A DNA stretch of 64,000 nt from Chrysomallon squamiferum (lineage: Eukaryota > Animalia > Mollusca). Every line of letters begins with the position of its first letter. The stretch's first letter is position 1. The notes beneath the pieces were generated by a model, which ran no database searches, was not told where the DNA came from, and was given only the letters and a program-made list of their open reading frames with translations. The stretch is taken from the NCBI GenBank assembly GCA_012295275.1, contig CM022677.1, positions 11,036,001 to 11,100,000 of the forward strand. The letters are read 5' to 3'. This document shows, piece by piece, positions 53,271 to 64,000 of the stretch. The position numbers were made by a program, and so were the translations under genes.

Positions 53271-53474
53271 CTGTTGTTTTAAAACATGTTATTTTTGAAT
53301 GTTTGTGATTCAGTCTATTTTATCATTCCTAAAGCTAATTAATGAAAAAAAATATCGATAATAATAATAATAATAATAATATCACAAATAGTGATAATAA
53401 ACTAAATATTTAAAAATAAAATACATACGTACATGTATAAGTTGTTGTTACTGCTCTTGTTACTTTAAAACGCA

Positions 53475-53505
<31 letters not shown>

Positions 53506-54272
53506 ATGATTTGTATTGTAATCTATTTTATAAAACTCAGCTATAAATACTACTTGCTATTATTTGTATTAGCTATTACAACTACTTTTGCTACTAAGAA
53601 TAACTGTAATTAATCATGTACGAGCAGTATGTCAGTAAGGAACAGAACATAAATAATCAGAATAAAACAAAATATGAATGCAATTAAATAAAACAACAAA
53701 AGAACGATCGTCAATATATTGTTATTCATTATTACAAATATTCAGCTAAATTACTCAAAAAAATTAAAGTTGATTCTTGTGACAAGATTCTATATCGTAG
53801 TGTTTAATAAGTTATTTTCGATTATCTGCCCTTGAAAACATCGCATTGTTTAATAATTTATTTTCGATTATCTGCCCTTTAAAATTATGCAAAAACGCAG
53901 ACGACAAAACATTTTAGAAGCCAAATTACAAACATGTACTTCAAAGTATATAAAGAAAGAAAGAAAGAAAAAGTACTGTAGCATTACCTGAATATACAAA
54001 GAAATCAACTTTTCATGATTCTTAGAAACTACATTTATTTGCAAAATCCATAAATAACAAATACCGCAAATAACAGCAGAAATCCCGCACCCCGCAAAAA
54101 AAACAACAAAAAAACTGTGTTTTCTTCATATTCCTCTCCAAACTCCTCTGTCATGTCCTCCAAGTTTTACATTAAATGCAAAAGCTGCTTTCGATAACAG
54201 CAGCAAAAGATTTAATGTGTTTGCCACTTTAAGATAAAAGTTTGTTTGTATCGTCAGTCGATTCAGATTTTT

Positions 54273-54317
<45 letters not shown>

Positions 54318-54578
54318 TCATATATTCATGACGTAACCAATACAGTTTGTATACTTACAACAAACCGGCCATCTGAAATGTTCGAAGATAATTTATGCAA
54401 TGTACAGCGAGTACTGACATTTATTATAATTCTGTAAAATAAAAATGAATTAGGAAAATATCGAATCGCATGTTACCTCAATGTGGTGAATTTTATACAT
54501 TGTTTTTGTTATACATTTTAAACAAGCAAAAAAACAAGCAAACAGTCTATTTTAACACAGTGAATTAATAAGTAATGT

Positions 54579-54619
<41 letters not shown>

Positions 54620-55429
54620 TTGCCACTTTCTAATATAAGTGTACTTCTTTGTTGACCTCATTGTTTAACGCATCATATACGAAATGACAATTTACATCTA
54701 CAATGGACAGCTAATATATATATATATGATTTAAGTTATTACAAGCAGCGTAACCCATTATTGACTACCGATAATAAAAATTTGCTGTGCATATCAAAAG
54801 AGATTTGTCGACGTTTGGCTGAAATAAGTAGACACTGGTAAATTTAATACTTTAAACGTACGGACCTATGAAAAATAACAATTTAAAAAAAAAAATTATT
54901 ATAAATATTCACATACAGCATATTTGATTATTTTGTTGTTGTTTTATTATTATTATTTTTAGTAAATAAATAAATTAATTAATTAAACAATCCTTTAAAA
55001 TATATCTCCTTTTACAAGTTAAAACGATCTTTAAGAACAAAGAATTAACTAGTGTAACAGATGTTACAATGAGCAAGCATGTTTATATAGGTTTGTCGTT
55101 GTATCTTATGTCTAAAGGCATAGTGTAGCATTTGCAATGATTCTAAGGCCTTGAAGAAAATCGAGAGACAAGAGGACGTAATTATTATATTTTGAACGAG
55201 AGTAATCATTTACACAAACAGGCATCTTTGAAAAATACTGCGGAATTAACCAAGAAAGAAAGAAGGGATGAAAAAAAAAAATAAATAAAAGAAATAAAAA
55301 TAAAGGAAATCAATAAAATCCAATAACATATACTTTTACTATATATTTTATTATTTATTTATTATTTTAAATAAATGCCTATGGAAAATATTTACAAACA
55401 ACAAATTAATCTATAAGCAAGAAATCTCT

Positions 55430-56002
55430 TTCTAGGGCCTGCGCACATTAAAAGTTGCATCGTGTTTCATTTATTCTTCTGGATTTGTGGAACATGGTCG
55501 CTTGAATACACTGTTGCACCTCCTTCTTCATATAGTTTAACCACGTGGCAATTCTGTTTTCACCGGAAGAATACGCTATGTTGAAATAATCAGTATGAGC
55601 CGTGAACTGTCCGCCTATTCCATAGTTTGCCACCTGAAGTGGTTCTGAAGCTTTCATTGAAAGACCTGTGATTGCTTCAATTCGTTTCTAACTTGTCGCG
55701 TCTACTTCTATGAAACCTCTTCCTAGACATGTATGTTTGTTAATTCTTTTCTCAGATTTGATATTTTTTCCACAGTGATTGATTTTAGATGGTTGTAAAA
55801 GTGGCAAAGAAACTGTTTTAATGTCTTCAATTGCAGCATCACTGATACAATCATGATAGAGAACAATTTTTGGTGAGAAATGCAGAATCTCTTCTTTAGC
55901 AGGCTTAAGAATTAAAAGCGGATTTTTGTTGTTGTAATGGTAGCGACATTTCAGACGATGTTTCTGTCGTATTTTAATAACGTCTTCACAAGGACAGAGA
56001 GC
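55430..56002 (-). pseudogene. P4HA: Intronless prolyl 4-hydroxylase alpha pseudogene (catalytic-domain fragment)
   Basis: LKCRYHYNNKNPLLILKPAKEE…*KRIEAITGLSMKASEPLQVANYGIGGQFTAHTDYF…NRIATWLNYM, then EGGATV in a shifted frame. There is an in-frame TAG at 55688-55690, and the distal His/Lys segment is missing. Confidence 0.92.
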
Positions 56003-57289
56003 ATTATTATTATTATTGTTGTTGTTGTTGTTGTTAAAGCTTAAAAAATTGGTATAAAGAAAAAACATAATAAAATACACATAAAACTATGAAACAACAA
56101 CAACAACAAAAAATAAAAATAAAAATAAAAACAGCTTGGGTAAGTAAACATTGTCTGCAATTTATACTCCGATCTACCAATACAGTAAACAGTTTAATAA
56201 ACAAGACAGAAACTTTACAAACTATTACAAATAAACAGTGGAAATCAAACGTAAATAAAGAGAAAAGTTCACTGAGGTGTTTACGAAACCGATATAGAAG
56301 AGTTTTAATAAAAAGCTCAGTAACAGAGAGGGTGAGACATTCCACAATGAAAGAATAAATCTAGTCTGACGGTGTTAGTCTCTAGGTCAACCAGTCCCTG
56401 GCTACCTAGATACATTCCACAGTATTAGCTCAAAAACAAAATTATAAAACAAATAACAAAAATATACAAAGCTTTTATAATATTTAAAAGATAAATCGTT
56501 TCGAGTAAAACATCTGTTAACAAGATAGACCTTAAGTGAAAACATTTATTTTAGAAGTTGTTGTTGTTGTTGTTGTTATTGTTATATATTTTCCTCGCTT
56601 GCATAAATAAATAAACAAAAAGAAGAAGTTATTAATAAATTACATTATTTGCTTCTAAAATTTATTTTTGTTATTATTATTTATTATTTCTTCATAATGA
56701 GTGTATGCGCTATATAGGAACGACATTTCTGCTATAATATGTGCATCAGATATGTTTTAATGATGGCTGCTGCATTATGGACTAAAGACCTAATTACTGA
56801 ATGTGTGGTTGAGGAATGCACTAACACTGTGTGGATGGATGGATGTTTGTAAGCATGCGTGGAGAGACTGGTGGATGGAGGAGTAGAGAGATTTCTGATA
56901 AATTAATGCTTGAAAGGAAAGATTGTGACATGAAAATATCGGCTAGAAATGTGATTGATGTAGGATGAAATACATAAATATCTGGATACATATTTAACAG
57001 CAAGAGAGACAGAGAGAGACAGACAGAGACAGAGCCAGAGTATGAGCTGTTATAAATCTACAGAAACAAGTCAGTATTCCTGTCTCCCTCACTATTTTAA
57101 TTTTTGCTCGTTAATATCAGTAATTACTCTTCAAAAAAAAAAAATAATAATAAATATCTTTTGTAAAGTGTAAAAAGTCAATAGAAAATAATAAGAAAAA
57201 ATAAGCAGCATATAATTTCCTTGCCATACCGGTTTCTATAAATTTCCATTTCTATTTTTCTGTTTTTCAATCTCTGTATTCATCCAGCA

Positions 57290-58840
57290 CTGTAATTGTC
57301 TTTCTGACTCTCTGTCTGTCTGTTCATCTATTCATCTATTCTTCTCTTTCTGTAAATATGTAAATTTGTCAACACTGTGGGTCTGTTCATCAGTCTCTCT
57401 GTTAAACTTACAGATATTAAAACCTTCAGTCTGTTTCTCCAGCTGTCTGTCCATCTAATCAGTCTAGCTATCTATGTGTTTGTTTCTATCTATCTCTCTT
57501 TCTCTCTCTCAGTCTCTCTTTAGACTGTTCAGTATTTGGACATATTTGTCACTCTAATCTGTGTCTCTAACTGTACGAATCAGTTATTCTGTTCATTAAT
57601 CTTTCTCTCGCTATCTGCGTGTTTGTCTGCCTGTTCACTCTGTGTTTCTGTATGTTAGTCTAACCAATCAGCCTTATTATAACATCTACAATCCATGTAA
57701 CCATGCTTTTCACTATCTATCTGTCAACCTATCTGTCTATCTATCAACCTGTCTCTTTATCATTCATCATCAATTCATCTATATAGTGAATATCTCTCTA
57801 TCACTTGTTTCTCTCTCTGACTTTATCACTTCTATGTCTCTCTTCCGATAAATGTGTCATTTCTATGTCTCTCTACACATACCTGTATCCCAAATCACTC
57901 TCTGCCTAAATGTCAATTACCTGTCTGTGTCTCTCCACCTATATCTGTCACTTGTCACTTTCGCTATATCCTTAATACTTGTCTATATTAGACTCTATAT
58001 ATCGTCACTTTTTTCTGTCTCTCCACCTATATCTCTATCACTTGTCTCTGTCTCTATCTACACCTATATCTCTATCCCATGACTTTCTCTATCTATATCT
58101 CTTTATTTATATCTTCATTATTTCTCTCTGTCTCTCTAACTATGTCTGTCCCATGACTAAGCCTTCCTACGTATTATCTTCTCTATCATTTGGCTCTGCT
58201 TCTCGCTATCTTTACCTGTATCACATCTGTCCATCTACGTTTCTATCTATCTCTCTATCTGTATCTTTATCTCGTTCTGTACTTTGATAACGTCTGTCTC
58301 TGAACCATATCTCTATCACTTCTCTGTGTCTACATATATTGCTATTGCTTGTTTCTGATTCTGTACACGCATGTCAAGTACTTGTACATCTCTCTACCAT
58401 TATCTCTATCACTTGCCTTTCTCTCTATATTTATAATTATCATTTGTCTCCATGTCTCAACTTATATCTCTATCAAAGTCTGCCTAATCTTTATCTCTAT
58501 CATTTGTCGTTCTACCTATATCTTTGACTTGTCTACTACTCTTTACCTACATCACTAATACGTGTCTCTGACTCTCTATCTATATCTCTATCGCATGCCT
58601 CGCTGTACCCGTATCTCTGTACCCGTGTCTCTTGTCTAACCACATCTGTCCATCCAATGAATCAGACTATCAATCATTTGTTTGCCTCTACTTATATCTC
58701 TATCACTTGTCTCTGTCTCTCTATCTTTATCTCTATCATCTTTTTTCTCTCTACCTTTATCTATCATTTTTCCGTGACTCTTTAGCTATATCTCTATCAT
58801 TTGTCTCCTTCTCTTAACAATAACTTATCTGTATCATTAT
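57290..58840. repeat. Long degenerate pyrimidine-rich (TCTA/TCTC/TGTC) low-complexity tract
   Basis: Recurrent tatctctatcacttgtctct-like units; strongly strand-biased. Confidence 0.8.
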
Positions 58841-59359
58841 TAATTATCTTTTGATGTGTTCACATAGATTAGAGTTATGTCCCTTACGTGATATGTACTC
58901 ACTGATCAAAGTAAAAATGACCTCAATTAGAGTTATCTCCCTTTAGTGATATGTGTTCCCAAACATAGATTAGTACTAAATTTATTAGTTTTACAGACAC
59001 TGGAACAATAATAATAATGAGAAAAAGAATTAAAGAAAAAAGGAAATAAAGAAAAATGAGAAAAGCATTAATGATACTACTACTGATATTACTACTATTA
59101 ATAATAATAACAATAATAAATAATAAAATAATAATAATAATGATAATAACAATAACAGTTAATAAATAATTAAATAATAACATAATCAGTAACAAACTGA
59201 GCTGATGTGGAACTGTTGTTATCATCTGAAATGTTGAGTTTTTCTTTTGACTCCAGGTGATGTTCCTTCTGTCAGTTTTGTATACTTTTAACATTTTTTA
59301 TTATAATATTTAACAAGATGAGAAATGTAATAATCACAGTTTGTCTCACTTTGTCTGAT

Positions 59360-59445
59360 CTTGTCTGTAGTTTTCTTACTCTTGTCTCTTCTTATCTGTA
59401 GTTTTCTTGCACTTGTCTCTTCTTATCTGTAGTTTTCTTGCACTT
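59360..59445. repeat. 31-bp tandem repeat, about 2.7 copies
   Basis: tctgtagttttctt occurs three times at ~31-bp spacing. Confidence 0.8.
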
Positions 59446-60097
59446 TGCTGGAGTTTCTCAGTTCTGAAATTATAACAACAACAACATAGTACAACATCTA
59501 TAACAAAAATAAAAATGATAACAGCTGCTATTGTAATAATTACATGTAACCATAAATGTTATTGTATAAACTGTTACTAAATACTATTTATTTACTACTA
59601 AGACCACTGTTATGGGTAATAGCAACCACACTAATACTACTACTGCTACAACTGTAGGAACAATAATAATAATTACAAATTAGTTGAGAACAAAGAAAAA
59701 GAGTTTAAAAATTACCAATATCAACAATAATAATAATAATAATAACTATAATAATAATAAATATAAAAATAATATTATAATAATAATAACAACAATAACA
59801 ATAATTACAACGGTAATAATAAAAATAACAGTAGTAATAACAGTATTAATAATAATAACAATAATGATAATAATAAAAACAATAACTTCAGAAATATACT
59901 TCAGAATCAAACATTATTTCTTACATGTAAACACATCAACTCACTTTCAGAAATGTTCTTTTCCTAGATTATATAGTATAGTGATTCTATACGTGAAGAA
60001 AATTCATTGTGGAATTTCAATTTTGTCTGCATCCAAAATATATATAAAAATTTTCATAGTTGTAAATGTTTTATATATATATCTATATATCTATAGA

Positions 60098-60128
<31 letters not shown>

Positions 60129-61355
60129 TTTTCAGACCTATATCAAACATTAGTAAATTCCTGGACAATACTAAGCAACTTATTGGAGAGTGAGTTCTAA
60201 GCTTTGTGATTGGCTAATAATAAGATTAAAAACCAAACAAAAGAAAAAAAACAAACAAAAAAACTCATCGATTTATAATTAGTATATTTTAATAAGGTTG
60301 TTATGTTCCTTTATTTATTTTATTTGTTTTGAACTTTATTAATTTATTTTTGTTATTATTATTATTATTTTTTTTTTAGTGTTGTATTTGTGGATAAATG
60401 CGGGATGATTATCGGGCTTACGGATTTACTGTTTTATTTGATGTTCGATGAATCTCATACAGAATTGGTGTAATCGCATAATGATCCAACAAAAAGTTGC
60501 TTAAAGCATTTCATTTTGTGCGGGAGACAGGTATTATTATTTTTTTGTTTTATTTAATTGTAATTTACATGTCAAAGCCAAGTGATGGCAGCCATCTTAT
60601 TTCGGAACAATAATTATTTATTTATCAATTTATTGGTTTATTGATTTTTTTTGATTTTTTTTTCAAAAGACACTCGATTAATTTTTTTTTTTAAATAAAC
60701 TGATAAAAGTGTTAAAAGAAAATATGCTAATTTTGTTTGACAGGTTGTTTTCTGTCTGTTCATTTATTATTTATTTTTTAAATTGCTGACTTGCTCTATA
60801 CATTATTAAACATTTTTAAATGATTTTTTAACCATATTAAAGGTTGTAATGGGTGGGGCCCTATCTGCTTTCATATTATTTAACCTAAATATCTATATAG
60901 CTGTATGTTAACATCTAAAACAAGTAATGAGGAATACAAAAATAAGAAAAATATGATCAGGTTATTTCGTATGTAGACACTGTAAAATATTAATAAACTG
61001 ATTTGTTACAATAATATTTAACAAACACACTCACACACACAGACATACATAATTTGTAATCATAATCACAAGAGATATTAATACACTATTGTACACTACT
61101 GAAATGATTTTTTTTTAAAGTTTGTGTATATATGCCATAGGAGTCTTAAATGCAAATAAAATGTTCAACTGATACATTATAAACCTATGAATGTCCAAGG
61201 TCTGAATTATGTCGATTATGTGTATTTCTTATGTATTTCTTATTATTCTAAACCTAATGAAGTTTGATTTAATTTAATGTTGGAAATTGCATTTTGTAAT
61301 ACATTAATATTTTATGACACAGATTATATTTTATATCATGTACATTTCTCTCTGA

Positions 61356-61404
<49 letters not shown>

Positions 61405-62156
61405 CCATTCATATAGATGTGATTACTTTGGTGTAAATTTTTCTACTTTAATTTAAAAGAAGATGCATTATATTTTATGAGTACTTTAAAATGTTTACCA
61501 TTATTTTTACTAGACTGGAACTGGCAGTAGCAAGGAGGATCTCCTGTACACGCGAGATGTAGACAATAAAACCTTGTAGACTTTCTCACAGAGCTGTTCT
61601 TCTGGTTTGAAATGATAAAACTGACAGACAGGACAGCTGCTGAATGGTTAGGAAGCAGAAAATAAGTTTTGAGAGAGTTTTTAATTTACGTTGCAAGGCC
61701 AAATTGTATTAAATCTTTTATTATTCAAATTTATGAAATGTATTTTAGTGGAAGAATTGGGATTTATAATATTCAGTTTTAGTGTACAGACCTTTGTACA
61801 TATATTTGTATTACTTTAATAGAGGATTTCAGGCTTTAAAAGATTCTTTTATACTGGTCAGTATTTCATATACCAATAAAGAAAGTTAATATTAAAGGAT
61901 CTTTAAATGAATACATCTGAGTTAAATTTCATCAGACAGTTTACATTGCAGGGTTATTATTTTTATTAATGTCAATTCAGCATCTCACTATGGTAATGTG
62001 AGGTCAACTGTCACAAAATACCAAGTACCCATTAGCAACACAACAAAACATAGATTTCACAAAACAGAGTGGCAGTTCACCAGTACTCCAGAACTAAATA
62101 AATAAAACTCTACTCAGTAAGTATTCACTTAATTCATTTTGTTAAATTAATAGTGA

Positions 62157-62235
62157 TGGATAGACTGGCTCAGTGGTTAGAGAGCATGGTCAACGTCTTT
62201 TGGGTTCAAGGATTAGTCCTGCATGGAGGACTAAT
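62157..62235 (+). mobile_element. tRNA-derived SINE head remnant (truncated copy at ~20466-20495)
   Basis: Pol III A-box TGGCTCAGTGGTTAGAG followed by a degenerate B-box-like GGTTCAAG; no cloverleaf. Confidence 0.45.
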
Positions 62236-64000
62236 AAGGTTCTTTAACAATCTAGCTGATGATCTATGCCTGATATATCTAAGATTATATGTTTTCTGAG
62301 CAAAGAGGTACATTAGAAAAAGATTTTTGGTTGCTTGTTTAAAAGGCAGAAACAGGGTTACTTTTTCATTATCTGTATAGTTAGTTACCTTTTAAGGTAT
62401 TAAAAACTAGTAAAGAAAACATGCTGTGTATGTTCTTAAATAAAATATTTTTTTCTTTATTTTAGAGCTGGTGTATTTTAGCAGTGCAATTAGTGATCAG
62501 CTTGAAGTAAGTGTTTATTAAATCAACAAATACAATGCTGCACTCTGTCAGACCAGTTGAGTTAATATTTAGTTAAGATGCTGTAAAGCTTCTGTTTACA
62601 GTGTAAATATACTGTCCTAGTTATCAATATTTTTATTTAATTCTTGTAACACATCTTTCCTTTCCTAATACATTATCTTTCGTTGCTACTTAAGTTTCAT
62701 CCTGAAGAACATCTCATCAGACTGATGAACATGCTGGATCCAAAAGGTGTTGTTGAAAATAACTTTTACAAGATTCTGGATCATAGCAATGCTAAATGGT
62801 AATAACTTAATGAATAAAAAAACACACCAAAACATACACATATGCACATTTATTGTTATATTATAGAATAATGTATCTCAGATATTTTGAATTATTACAG
62901 TATTACCTTTACAGAATTTACTATTATTTGAATAATGTGTTTATCTATCACTTATCATTGTTTATGTTAAAACAAATAATTATGTTAATTTCCGATTCCA
63001 AATCACAGTTATGCTGCCCAGTTCCATTGGAGAATGTGGATCATGATATTCAGTTAGTTTCAGAAGACCACTTTGAGTGTTTACAGGACACTGATATTGG
63101 TGAGTCATTTCTAAAATGTTATCTTCATAAAAAAATAATAATAATAAAAAATATTAAAATATCACTTTTTAGTAATATTGATTTTTTGGGGTATTTAGAA
63201 CTTTTAAATGTATTTTATTTATTTATTTTTTTACAGAAAACTAAGATGTCAAGTTTTCAGGAAAAGTATACATATTAGAATTATAATTATTTTTTCATTC
63301 TTGTTACTGTTTGTTTCTTTTACCACTGTTGGTTTTTGTTCCATAATTGTGATCTGCCACTATGAAATGAGTTGGATGTCACCTTGCCTAATTGTGTGTA
63401 ACAACCAAAATAAGCTCGTTGGGAGTAGGTTGAGATTTTAATTTACACTGATAGTTTATCCATTTATGTACATTTTGTGTTAAAACACATTTTGTTCTAT
63501 ATGCTTCAAAAATGCACTTAAAATGAGGTAATTCTTTGTTTTTTGTTAATTAAAACTGCATGAAAAAATCAATATTCAGCAAATGTTTTCACCCCGGTAT
63601 CAGTGGAAAGCTTGTTTTGCAGCTTTCTAAATATGCAGAGTTTGACTGGCTGAGTTTAAAATAGAAGATCAATGAATAAGAACAAAATAAGAATTGAACA
63701 GTAAACAAAGGATTACTAGGATGGAAATCCCCTTCACTCACTGGTCAAGAATATCATGTAATACTTCTGGCAAGTGAGGTAATTTCCAAGATGGCATTTA
63801 ACTGTATGCATGCTGAAATTTTAACTAAGGCTTTAAATTTTGCATGTAGAGCAAATATTTTGGACAATACTGATTCAGAAGATGTACAATCTTTTATCCA
63901 GGATTATTTTACTGATTCTTCTGTTATTGAAAGTGAAAAATGACACTGATACTGAATTAAATTTTGCTAGCTGTGGATCAAGTGCTTCTGAAGATAAAGT

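Noticed and set aside
57642-58817. Cluster of Leu/Ser/Tyr-rich ORFs
   Set aside because: They arise from a degenerate pyrimidine-rich low-complexity tract that is depleted of stops.
62157-62235. Possible tRNA gene
   Set aside because: Only an A-box and a weak B-box are present, with no acceptor stem or cloverleaf; better explained as a SINE head.

Overview
AT-rich animal genomic DNA, probably an invertebrate such as a mollusc (inferred from composition, microsatellites and GT-AG introns; the species cannot be determined). Most ORF-track entries are microsatellite artefacts. The window is a mosaic of segmental duplications carrying decayed genes. (1) A multi-exon MCC (mutated in colorectal cancer) homologue on the minus strand, about 45.2-53.3 kb, with several frameshifts and deletions. 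(2) Two intronless, complementary prolyl 4-hydroxylase alpha pseudogene fragments, at 28.5-29.0 kb (+) and 55.4-56.0 kb (-), that share a downstream flank. (3) A Mutator-like (FLYWCH + MULE) transposase pseudogene with an intron at 15.5-16.35 kb. (4) A minus-strand exon of 33-aa Ser/Thr repeats followed by a broken RING-HC finger at 39.2-40.1 kb. (5) A 5.5-kb block at 8.3-13.8 kb, bracketed by inverted repeats, holding a 71-bp minisatellite with a 142-bp higher-order repeat, tandemly duplicated signal-peptide exons and an apparently intact two-exon 125-aa orphan gene. (6) Many inverted or direct duplications, e.g. 1.8-6.2 kb vs 27.3-30.9 kb. No rRNA, intact tRNA or CRISPR array was seen. All homologies were recognised by eye from recalled family motifs, not by database search. 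No clearly new biological system is demonstrated; the inverted-repeat-bounded block is the best candidate.
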